This document shows, one piece after another, positions 20,726 through 28,878 of a stretch of 64,000 nucleotides of DNA (its first letter is position 1; every line of letters begins with the position of its first letter). The position numbers were made by a program, and so were the translations under genes. Below the pieces are notes generated by a model, which did not search any database, was not told the DNA's origin, and saw only the letters and a program-made list of their open reading frames with translations. The stretch comes from an uncultured Gemmatimonadales bacterium (GTDB lineage Bacteria; Gemmatimonadota; Gemmatimonadetes; Palauibacterales; Palauibacteraceae), in the NCBI GenBank assembly GCA_963783385.1, contig CAWANJ010000007.1, positions 192,001 to 256,000 of the forward strand, written 5' to 3'.

Positions 20726-21748
20726 ATGTCGGAGGATCTTACGGAAGGACGCCCGGAGCGCATCCGGGAGAGTCGCGGGACGCGCGCGCTCGCGCGGGGA
20801 GGGATCCTCGCCGGAGCCGTCGCGGCGGCGCTGGCGCTCGGGGCGTGCAGCCAGGGTGGTGTGACCGGGCCGGCCGGATCGCCGCGGGTCTCGCTCCTGC
20901 TCAAGGACGCACCCGGCGAGGTGACGCACGCCTGGGTGGACGTGAAGGAGGTCTATCTGCAGGGCCAGGTCTCGGACTCGAGCGCCTCCGACTCCGGGCG
21001 GGTGGTCCTGGTGGACAAGGAGACCGGCCTCATCGACCTCACGCAGCTCGCCGACAGCGCCATGAAGCTGGCGGACCAGGTCGTGGTGCCGGCCGGCACG
21101 TACTCGCAGCTCCGGGTGGTGCTGGGAGGTGCCGTGGTGGAAACGTCGACCGGGGTGTATTCCCTGGACGGCGCGGTGCCGCCGAACGGCGACGCGAGCG
21201 CGATCACGGGTCAGCTCCGGTGTCCGAGCTGCCAGCAGTCGGGTCTCAAGGTGAAGCTGCCGGGCGGTGCGCTCGACCTCCAGACCGGCTCGAAGGTCCT
21301 GGTCCTGGACTTCGACGTGACGCAGAGCTTCGGCCACGTGGCCGGCGCGTCGGGTTCCTGGGTGATGCATCCGGTGATCCGCACATCCACGGTCGAGACC
21401 AGCGGCTCCATCGCCGGAACGGTCGCGCTGGCGGACAGCGTCACGGTGCCGGCCTGCGGCGGCTCCGACCGGTCGCTCCAGGACTTCGTGCCGACGGCCA
21501 CGGCCACCCTCGACACCAGCAGCGTGACCGAGCAGGGCGCTGTGCAGGCCGACGGGAGCTACGCGATCGACTACCTGGCGCCGGCCACGTGGACGATGGG
21601 CTACGTCGAGGCCATAGGATACGAGGGCGGCGACACGCTCCGCTTCACGGCGACGGCCGATCCCGCCACCGTCAATGTGACCTCCGGTGCGACGGCCGCG
21701 TCCGATTTCACGGTGATCGGCGCCGAGTGCTCGGCCTCGGGGGGATGA
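20726..21748 (+). CDS. DUF4382-like lipoprotein with C-terminal Ig/carboxypeptidase-regulatory-like domain
   Basis: Lipobox LGAC; LLLKDAP, VPAGTYSQLR, CPSCQQSGLKV, LVLDFDVTQSF, WVMHPVI. Confidence 0.75.
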   Translation: MSEDLTEGRPERIRESRGTRALARGGILAGAVAAALALGACSQGGVTGPAGSPRVSLLLKDAPGEVTHAWVDVKEVYLQGQVSDSSASDSGRVVLVDKETGLIDLTQLADSAMKLADQVVVPAGTYSQLRVVLGGAVVETSTGVYSLDGAVPPNGDASAITGQLRCPSCQQSGLKVKLPGGALDLQTGSKVLVLDFDVTQSFGHVAGASGSWVMHPVIRTSTVETSGSIAGTVALADSVTVPACGGSDRSLQDFVPTATATLDTSSVTEQGAVQADGSYAIDYLAPATWTMGYVEAIGYEGGDTLRFTATADPATVNVTSGATAASDFTVIGAECSASGG

Positions 21749-21874
21749 TGACCGGACCCGCCTCGTTGTCAGGGACCGCCGCGGGCACCAAGTTGGCATG
21801 GACGTCGGCGGCGGATCTCGTCCGCCGTCCGTCCGGCAGCGCCGGACCGGTGAGCGTGACCCGACGAGGAGGCG

Positions 21875-22423
21875 GTGGCGGAAGACCTGACGGACGGCCA
21901 GGTGGTCCGGGTGGTCCTCGATGGCCGGCCCGACTCGTATCGACTCCTGGTGGAGCGATACCAGGACGTGCTGTACCGGCATGCGCTGCGCATGACGCGG
22001 CGCCCGGACGACGCGTCCGACATCGTCCAGCGCGCCCTGGTCAAGGGGTTCAGGCGTCTGGACGACTGTCGGCATCCGGACCGGGTGGGCGGCTGGCTGT
22101 TCCGAATCACCTCGAACCTGTGCAAGGACTTCCTCAAGAACCGCCGTCGCGACGAGGTGACCCTGGACGACGCTCCGACCCTGGTCTCCTCCCGGGGGGA
22201 TCCGGAGCGGGAGCTCGACCGGTCGGAGCTGGGACTGGTGCTCGAACGCGCGCTGTCCCGTTTGAGCGAGGACCAGCGGGAGGCGTTCCTGCTGAAGCAC
22301 ATGGAGGACCGGTCGTACGAGGAGATGTCGGAGATGCTGGACGTCTCGGTGTCGGCGCTGAAGATGCGCGTCCACCGGGCGCGAGAGGAATTGCGTGACC
22401 TGTTGATCGAGTATTCGTCGTGA
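21875..22423 (+). CDS. ECF-type RNA polymerase sigma factor
   Basis: 182 aa. Region 2 DASDIVQ...WLFRITSNLCKD; region 4 L..LSEDQREAFLLKH.E.RSYEEMSEML.VS.SALKMRVHRAR. GAGGAGG RBS. Confidence 0.93.
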   Translation: MAEDLTDGQVVRVVLDGRPDSYRLLVERYQDVLYRHALRMTRRPDDASDIVQRALVKGFRRLDDCRHPDRVGGWLFRITSNLCKDFLKNRRRDEVTLDDAPTLVSSRGDPERELDRSELGLVLERALSRLSEDQREAFLLKHMEDRSYEEMSEMLDVSVSALKMRVHRAREELRDLLIEYSS

Positions 22424-23139
22424 GCGACATGCTGACGCGTTACCTGGACGGAGAGATCGGGCTCGATGACCTGGATCCCGTGGAGCGGGCCGAGGCCGGA
22501 GCCTGGGAGGGGATGTTCGGCGACCTCCGCTCGCGGGGGATGACGCGGGCCCCGGAGGGGCTGACCGACCGGGTGATGACCGAGCTCGGGCTGAACTCTC
22601 CCGCCCGCGCCGGCCGGGGGGATGCGGCGCCGGTCCACGACGCGGCGCCGGCGGGGCACGGCGGCGCCTCGAAGGTGTGGCAGGCGATCACCTGGCCCTT
22701 CCGCCCCATCCGCGTGCCCGTGCCCCCGGCGCTCGCGCTGGCGGCCGGAGCGGCGCTGGCGCTGTTCGTGTTCGTGTGGCGTGGGGGCGGGCCGACCACG
22801 GCGGGGGAGATCGCGGCCGGGGTGGTGCAGCCCGCCAGCCTCAAGGCGCCGGCGGCGCCGACCCGCGTCTACGTGGAGCTGCGCTTCGACGCGCCGGACG
22901 CGTCCTCCGTGGCCGTGGCCGGGGACTTCACCAACTGGCAGCCCACCCTCGCGCTCCAGGATCGCGACGGGGACGGCGTGTGGACCGGGCTCGTGCCGAT
23001 GAGTCCCGGGATCCATCAATACATGTTCGTGATCGATGGCACCCGGTGGGTGACCGACCCGGGAGCGGCGCGTCACGTCGACGACGGGTTCGGGCATCGG
23101 AACGCGGTGGTGGCCGTGGCCGCACCGGCGGGCGCCTGA
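22420..23139 (+). CDS. Putative anti-sigma factor with TM helix and C-terminal CBM48/AMPK-beta-type glycogen-binding domain
   Basis: GTGA-coupled to the ECF sigma. N-terminal LTRYLDGE, single TM ALALAAGAALALFVFVW, then VAVAGDFTNW...GVW...PG.HQYMFVIDG.RWVTDP...DDGFG.RN. Confidence 0.8.
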   Translation: MSDMLTRYLDGEIGLDDLDPVERAEAGAWEGMFGDLRSRGMTRAPEGLTDRVMTELGLNSPARAGRGDAAPVHDAAPAGHGGASKVWQAITWPFRPIRVPVPPALALAAGAALALFVFVWRGGGPTTAGEIAAGVVQPASLKAPAAPTRVYVELRFDAPDASSVAVAGDFTNWQPTLALQDRDGDGVWTGLVPMSPGIHQYMFVIDGTRWVTDPGAARHVDDGFGHRNAVVAVAAPAGA

Positions 23140-23142
23140 GGG

Positions 23143-24288
23143 GTGGAAGCGGGCCGTAGCGCGGCCTTCACCACCCTCGCCCTGCTCCTGGTCTCGATTC
23201 CCGGGGCGACGGCCGCCCAGGACGTCCACGTGGAGGCCGATGCGGGCTTCTCGCGCTCGCAGCCGCCCGCGGGATCGCTGGCGGAGCCGGCCACCTATCT
23301 CCTCGGAGGCGTGCGGGCGAACGGGCACCCGGGGACGGGCCCCGGGCGCTGGTTCGGCAGTCTGTACGGCGGCGTCGGCCTGCAGGGGCGCGGCGGCGAC
23401 TGGGCGTCGCTGACGCTGGGAGGCGGCTGGAGCGCGGCGCTGGGCCGCAAGCTCGGGCTCGACGCCCGCGTGGAGGGGACGGCCTTCGCGGTCGGTTCCC
23501 CGACCTGGTTCCGGGCCGTGACGCTACAGGGCGTGCCCGAGCTCAGCTATCCCATCGGGTCCGTCTACGTGCTGCTGCGCGGGCGGCTCGGGATCGGCGG
23601 CTCCCGGTCCCGGGACGATCTGCCGGGGCCGAGGTCGCCGACCTCGGGTTCGCACCTGTGGTTCGCCGGCGGCGGGCCCGGCATCCGGGTCCCGGTCGGC
23701 GACCTGGGCGTGACGGGCCGCGCCGAGGCGTTCGGCTCGGTCGGCGGCGATTACGGCCTCGGCTCGATCGAGGTCTCGGGAGGCGACGGGCCGGTGGGGT
23801 GGAGCGCCTCCTTCCAGGTGTGGGGAACGCCCCGGGGGGCGCGCGCGACGGGCTCGATCAGCGTGAGCCTGCCGCTCGGCGGCGGATGGAAGCTGTTCGG
23901 GGCGGGCGGCCGCACGGAACCGGACCCGCTCGTCGAAACCCCGGTCGCGACGTACGCCACCGGCGTGGTGAGCCACCCGCTGGTGCGCCGGGAGCGGGAG
24001 ACCGCCGAGCTGTACCGGGTGGTCCGCTCGGGGCCGCGCCCGACGATCCGGTTCACGCTACGCGCGCAGGGTGCGAGCCAGGTGGCGCTCGTGGGGGACT
24101 TCAACCGGTGGAAGCCGCTGGCCATGCGCCGGCGGGACGGGATATGGACGATCCGGGTTCGAGTGGCGCCGGGCACCTACCACTTCGGCTTCATGGTCGA
24201 CGGCAAGTGGTTCGTGCCCGCCGATGCCCCTGGAATCGTGAGTGATGCATGGGGACGCGACAACGCCACGCTCGTCGTGAACCCGTGA
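23143..24288 (+). CDS. Secreted beta-strand-rich (probable outer-membrane barrel) protein with C-terminal CBM48 domain
   Basis: Signal peptide ending AAA-Q; Gly/aromatic alternating strands; C-terminal VALVGDFNRW...GIW...PGTYHFGFMVDGKW...DAWGRDNA. Confidence 0.7.
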   Translation: MEAGRSAAFTTLALLLVSIPGATAAQDVHVEADAGFSRSQPPAGSLAEPATYLLGGVRANGHPGTGPGRWFGSLYGGVGLQGRGGDWASLTLGGGWSAALGRKLGLDARVEGTAFAVGSPTWFRAVTLQGVPELSYPIGSVYVLLRGRLGIGGSRSRDDLPGPRSPTSGSHLWFAGGGPGIRVPVGDLGVTGRAEAFGSVGGDYGLGSIEVSGGDGPVGWSASFQVWGTPRGARATGSISVSLPLGGGWKLFGAGGRTEPDPLVETPVATYATGVVSHPLVRRERETAELYRVVRSGPRPTIRFTLRAQGASQVALVGDFNRWKPLAMRRRDGIWTIRVRVAPGTYHFGFMVDGKWFVPADAPGIVSDAWGRDNATLVVNP

Positions 24289-24311
24289 CGAGGAACGGGA
24301 GAGCGTCGTCT
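24285..24311 (+). promoter_or_regulatory. Candidate ECF sigma promoter GTGAC-N17-CGTC, copy 2
   Basis: GTGAC 24285-24289, 17-nt spacer, CGTC 24307-24310, upstream of the secreted helical protein gene. Confidence 0.5.
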
Positions 24312-24388
24312 GACGCTTGGACCCGGGCAGCGGGCCGTCCCGCCACGTTCGGGGCGGATCGCAGGGACGAGCGAGAGGGGTGCGAGCC

Positions 24389-25165
24389 ATGAGACCGGTA
24401 CGGGGAACGGGGCGATGTCGACGATGGATGACCTGCGTCGCCGTGGCGCTCACGGTGGCGGTCGCCCCGGTGTACGCGCAGGCCCAGCAGGCCGAGGCGC
24501 CGGCCTCGGAGAGCGAGGTGGGAGCGCGTCTGCGGCAGATGAGGAACCACTTCGGACCGGCGGTGTCGGCTCGCATCGATGACGTCCTCGCCTCGGCCCG
24601 GAAGGCGGGCGTCCCGGAGGACGTGCTGATCACCAAGGCCCTGGAAGGTGCGGCCAAGGGCGTGCCGGGCACGCGCGTCGTGGAGGCGCTCAAGTCCTAT
24701 TCCGAGCGTCTCCAGCGCGCCGATCGACTGCTGGGTGGCTCGGCCGGGAGCCCGATCCTGGTGGCCGCGGCCGATGCTCTCCAGAAGGGGGTCGATCCGA
24801 ACGCGGTCCGTGAGGTAGGCCGGGCGGCGGGTGGGGATCCCCTGCCGCTCGTGGTGCTCGGCGACCTCAGGGATGCCGGCGTTCCGGTGGACCAGGCCGT
24901 GGAGGTCGTCCGCCAGGCGCTGAAGCAGGGCCGCCACGGTGACCAGCTCCTGGATGTCTCCGCCGAGGTCCGGCGCGCCATCCGGGCGGGCAAGCCGCCG
25001 GGACAGGCGGCGCAGGAGGTCGGCAGGGCGCTGCAGGGGGGCAGGGGGCCGACCCCCGCGGGGAAGGGCCAGGGGAACGGGAATCCGCCGGGCGCGAAGG
25101 GAGGCGGCCCGCACGGCTCCGGCGGCGGTCCCCCCGGGCGTCCGCACGGCTCCGGCGGGGGCTGA
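24389..25165 (+). CDS. Secreted alpha-helical hypothetical protein with Gly/Pro-rich tail
   Basis: Signal peptide (VAVALTVAVAPVYA-Q); repeated GVP/GVD helical units; tail GPHGSGGGPPGRPHGSGGG. Start uncertain (24389 or 24424/24427 region). Confidence 0.7.
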   Translation: MRPVRGTGRCRRWMTCVAVALTVAVAPVYAQAQQAEAPASESEVGARLRQMRNHFGPAVSARIDDVLASARKAGVPEDVLITKALEGAAKGVPGTRVVEALKSYSERLQRADRLLGGSAGSPILVAAADALQKGVDPNAVREVGRAAGGDPLPLVVLGDLRDAGVPVDQAVEVVRQALKQGRHGDQLLDVSAEVRRAIRAGKPPGQAAQEVGRALQGGRGPTPAGKGQGNGNPPGAKGGGPHGSGGGPPGRPHGSGGG

Positions 25166-25176
25166 GCCCGACGGGC

Positions 25177-27477
25177 ATGTCGTTCCGGCGACGGGCACGC
25201 CGGCGTCGCCTCTCGTGGTCGCGGGTCCTCGCCTCCCTGCTGGCGGGAGCCGCGGTGACGACCGTCGTCGGCTGGCTGTACGTGCGACACGCGGCCGCCC
25301 GCATCGAGGCGACGTGGAGCGCCCATACGTCGAGCGCCCCCTCGCGGATCTACTCCCGTGCCCTGGACCTGTATCCGGGGCGGTTGCTGGACGGGGGAGA
25401 CTTCGCCCGCGAGCTGGAGGCTCGCGGCTACCGCCCCGCGCCGGCACACGGTCCGCTCGCCCCCGGCCAGTACCGGGCGGGGGGGGACCGCCTCGACGTC
25501 GGACTGCACGGCTTTCGGTATCCCCCTCCGGACGACGTGTTCGCGGGCTTCCCCCTGCGCATCCGCTTCCGGGATGGGCGCATCGCGTCCCTGACCGACC
25601 TGTCCGCCGACAGCGCCGTGGGGGACGTCCGCCTGGAGCCCGTCGTGGTCGCGGACCTCCTGGACCGACACATGGTGCTGAGATCGCCGATCACGCTCCA
25701 GCAGGTGTCAGCCTCTCTCGTCGAGGCCGTGCTGACCGTCGAGGACCGCCGCTTCTACGAGCACGGGGGGATCGACCCGGTCCGCATGGCCGGAGCCGCC
25801 CTGCACGACCTGCGGCACGGACGCCTCGAGCAGGGCGGTAGCACGCTCACCCAGCAGCTGATCAAGAACTACTACCTGTCGTCGAAGAAGACGCTGGGCC
25901 GGAAGCTGCGCGAGGCGATCATGGCGATGGTGCTCGAGCACGAGCACGACAAGGCCGACATCCTCCAGGCCTACCTGAACGAGGTCTACCTGGGCCAGGA
26001 GGGTCCGGTGAGCATCGTCGGGGTCCAGGAGGCCGCCCGCCATTACTTCTCCCGTGACGCGTCACAGCTCGACCTGGCGCAATCGGCGCTCCTGGCGGGG
26101 ATGATCCGCAGCCCCGCCGCCTACGATCCATTCCGGCATCCCGACGCGGCGCGCCGACGCCGGGCGGCGGTGCTGGGCATGCTGGCCGCCCGCGGGACCA
26201 TCGACCGGGCGGAGCGGGAAAGGGCCTCGCGCGAGCCGCTCCCCCGTCCGCCCCGCGAACGGCCCCTGGATGCGGCTCCCTACTTCGTGGACTACGTCGA
26301 GCGGGAGCTCGCGCGGCGCTTTCCCGCGGACGCGCTCCGCCGCGAGGGACTCAGGGTGTTCACCACGCTGGAGCCCCGGATGCAGCGAGCGGCCGAGGCG
26401 GCCGTGCGCTCGGGGCTCGCGGATCTCGAGAAGGCCCACCCCGACGTGCGGCGGTCCGGATTGCAGGCGCTCCAGGCGGCGCTGGTCGCGATGGACCCCC
26501 GCACCGGCGACGTGGTCGCCATGGTGGGGGGGCGCTCCTACCGATCGAGCCAGTTCAACCGGGCCACCGAGGCAAGACGGCAGCCCGGCTCGCTGTTCAA
26601 GCCGTTCGTGTACCTGACCGCGCTCGAAGACACGACCGGACGCTGGACGCTGGCCACCCCGGTCCCGGACTCGTCGCTGTCCGTGCGGGTCGGCGACACC
26701 GTGTGGACGCCGCACGACTTCGACGGTAGCGAGCACGGCATGGTGCCCCTGCGGGACGCGCTGGTGCATAGCTACAACCTGGCTACCGCGCACCTCGCCC
26801 TGGACGTGGGTCTGCCTCGCGTCGTCTCGACGGCCCGCGACCTGGGCGTGCAGGGACGCCTGAAGCCGGTTCCGTCGGTCTCGCTCGGGGCGTTCGAGAC
26901 CACGCCGCTCGTCATGGCCGATGCGTACTCGGCCCTGGCCGGGGGCGGGATCCGACCCGATCCCCTGACGGTGCTGCACGTGGTCGCCGCCGGGGGCTCG
27001 ACCGTCGAGGCACGCGAGCTCGAGATGCGCCGGGTCGCTCCCGCGGGTCCGGTCTACCTGGTGGACCGGGCCCTCCAGGACGTGCTCGACCGAGGAACGG
27101 CCGCCTCGGCGCGCCGGCTCGGCTACGGGGGACGGGCAGCGGGGAAGACGGGGACGAGCAGCGACTACCGGGACGCCTGGTTCGCCGGCTTCACGCCCTC
27201 GCTCGTGACGGTGGTGTGGGTGGGATTCGACGACAACCGGTCCGTGGGGCTCACCGGCGCCCAGGCGGCGCTTCCGATCTGGGTGCGGTTCATGGAGGCG
27301 GTCGGCGGTTCCCCGGACCAGCCGTTCAGCGTCCCCGACGGGATTCGTACCACCAGCGTGGACAGCGCCACGGGGCTCCTGCCGGGCCGGGGCTGCGGGC
27401 CGACCCGCGACGAGGTCTTCCTGCAGGGGACGGTCCCGTCTCGCCGCTGCGACTCGGTGGGGCGGGGCTCGCCGTGA
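25177..27477 (+). CDS. mrcB: Class A penicillin-binding protein PBP1B-type with UB2H-like insert
   Basis: Glycosyltransferase motifs EDRRFYEH.G, QGGSTLTQQLIKN, RKLRE, YLNEVYLG; transpeptidase S.xK (GSLFKP), SYN, GKTG. Confidence 0.9.
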   Translation: MSFRRRARRRRLSWSRVLASLLAGAAVTTVVGWLYVRHAAARIEATWSAHTSSAPSRIYSRALDLYPGRLLDGGDFARELEARGYRPAPAHGPLAPGQYRAGGDRLDVGLHGFRYPPPDDVFAGFPLRIRFRDGRIASLTDLSADSAVGDVRLEPVVVADLLDRHMVLRSPITLQQVSASLVEAVLTVEDRRFYEHGGIDPVRMAGAALHDLRHGRLEQGGSTLTQQLIKNYYLSSKKTLGRKLREAIMAMVLEHEHDKADILQAYLNEVYLGQEGPVSIVGVQEAARHYFSRDASQLDLAQSALLAGMIRSPAAYDPFRHPDAARRRRAAVLGMLAARGTIDRAERERASREPLPRPPRERPLDAAPYFVDYVERELARRFPADALRREGLRVFTTLEPRMQRAAEAAVRSGLADLEKAHPDVRRSGLQALQAALVAMDPRTGDVVAMVGGRSYRSSQFNRATEARRQPGSLFKPFVYLTALEDTTGRWTLATPVPDSSLSVRVGDTVWTPHDFDGSEHGMVPLRDALVHSYNLATAHLALDVGLPRVVSTARDLGVQGRLKPVPSVSLGAFETTPLVMADAYSALAGGGIRPDPLTVLHVVAAGGSTVEARELEMRRVAPAGPVYLVDRALQDVLDRGTAASARRLGYGGRAAGKTGTSSDYRDAWFAGFTPSLVTVVWVGFDDNRSVGLTGAQAALPIWVRFMEAVGGSPDQPFSVPDGIRTTSVDSATGLLPGRGCGPTRDEVFLQGTVPSRRCDSVGRGSP

Positions 27478-27908
27478 GCGGAGTGGCCTCGACATGCCGG
27501 ATCCCGGTCGGCCGGCGGACCGGAGCCCTCCCGCGCTTGATGCTGGCGCTCGTCGTCGGGCTCGGGATCGCCGCCTGTGCGGGCGGCGGGACGGAGGACC
27601 GGGCGGTGCCGGCGGTCGACTCCCGGGCGGCGGCGCCCGAGCGTGCGGCCTCGGAGCGGCTCGTGGAGCGCGGGCGCGGTCTGCTGGAGGGGAATCAGCC
27701 CCGCGAGGCCGCCTCCGTGCTGGAGCGCGCCGTGCGTGTCGACCCGTCGAACGGTCACGCGTACCTGGAGCTGGCCCGGGCCCGGATGGTCCTGGGAGAG
27801 CCCGAGGTCGCGCGCGGCCTCCTGCAGCGGGCGGCCGCGCTGCTCAGGCCCTACCCGGAGATGGAGGCCCGGGTGGACAGCCTCCGGGCGGTCCTGGGCG
27901 GAGGCTAG
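27474..27908 (+). CDS. Small TPR lipoprotein
   Basis: GTGA-coupled to PBP1B; lipobox IAAC; TPR helices AASVLERAVRVDPSNGHAYLELARAR. Confidence 0.8.
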   Translation: MSGVASTCRIPVGRRTGALPRLMLALVVGLGIAACAGGGTEDRAVPAVDSRAAAPERAASERLVERGRGLLEGNQPREAASVLERAVRVDPSNGHAYLELARARMVLGEPEVARGLLQRAAALLRPYPEMEARVDSLRAVLGGG

Positions 27909-27917
27909 ACCCGAACG

Positions 27918-27958
27918 GCGAACGCCTCCCGGCCGGCGGTCCGGCGGGAGGCGTTCGC
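27918..27958. terminator. Strong hairpin between convergent genes (probable bidirectional terminator)
   Basis: gcgaacgcctccc (27918-27930) pairs perfectly with gggaggcgttcgc (27946-27958), with an inner gccgg/ccggc stem. Confidence 0.7.
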
Positions 27959-27983
27959 GTGGTGCGTCCGGAAGTGCGGGTCG

Positions 27984-28580
27984 TCAGCCGCCCTGGCCGG
28001 AACCGCCCGAAGCGCCACCCTGGAGCGTCGCCTGGAGGGCCTCCAGCCTGGAGATCAGGGAGTCCGCGCTCGGGTCGATGTCGTTCATTTTCTTGATCAG
28101 ATCGGTGCGGAAGGTGTCCAGGTCCGCCGCGATCGCCTTGTCCTGCATGGCCTGCATCTGCGTCTGCTGATTCTTCTGGCCGAGCGTCTGATACTCGGTC
28201 ATGAGCGAGCGGATCTTGGCGGTGTCCTGGTTCTGCCGCGCCTGTTGGAACGACTGCTTGATCTGGTTCATCCGGTCGTTCCGCGTGGAGGTGGCGGAGT
28301 CGATGTCGTTCATCTTCTGCTCGATCTCCTGCTGCAGCGTGAACTGCTCCTCCTGGATGACCGAGTCCTGCAGGGCCTGCTGGCGCAGCTGGATGACCTT
28401 CTGCCCGACCTCCCGCATCTCCTGCTGGATCTTCTGGGTCGAGGCGTCCGTGCCGGCGCCGCTGCTTGCCTGCGCCGCGAGCGGCGCGGTCGCGAGCAGA
28501 GCCAGACCGGCGGCCATGGCCCCCAACCGGAGCGGCGGGGTGAACCTGTTGGCGCGAGTGACGAGCATAATCGTGCGCAT
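27984..28580 (-). CDS. Secreted Gln-rich coiled-coil protein
   Basis: Signal peptide LALLATAPLAA-Q followed by Q/K/M-rich heptad helices. Start uncertain. Confidence 0.75.
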   Translation of the reverse strand: MRTIMLVTRANRFTPPLRLGAMAAGLALLATAPLAAQASSGAGTDASTQKIQQEMREVGQKVIQLRQQALQDSVIQEEQFTLQQEIEQKMNDIDSATSTRNDRMNQIKQSFQQARQNQDTAKIRSLMTEYQTLGQKNQQTQMQAMQDKAIAADLDTFRTDLIKKMNDIDPSADSLISRLEALQATLQGGASGGSGQGG

Positions 28581-28878
28581 CCTTGTGTGGGTTGTGGAGC
28601 CTTCGGCGTCGTCGGTCGCCCCGTGAGCCGCTCGCGGCCCCTGGGCGTCGGAGCGCGAGAGTCCGGGGTTTCCGCCGACCGCGGCGGTCTCCCGGCGCCC
28701 ACGCAGGCGGATCAATATGCCCGGCTCCCGGCCTTGTTCCAAAGCTCGCCGCGTTGAGCGTCCGCCGTCGGCGTCCTATGTTCGGCCTCTGACAGGAGCC
28801 ACGCGCCGGCCCGAGCATCGTCTCCGTCCTTCCATACGACGAAATCGGGGCGTGGAAGGTCACGCTTCGGAGGCACGA

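Noticed and set aside
25060-25165. GPHGSGGG repeats, and the Gly-rich linker at 35340-35450, as DNA repeat elements
   Set aside because: Simple low-complexity protein linkers.
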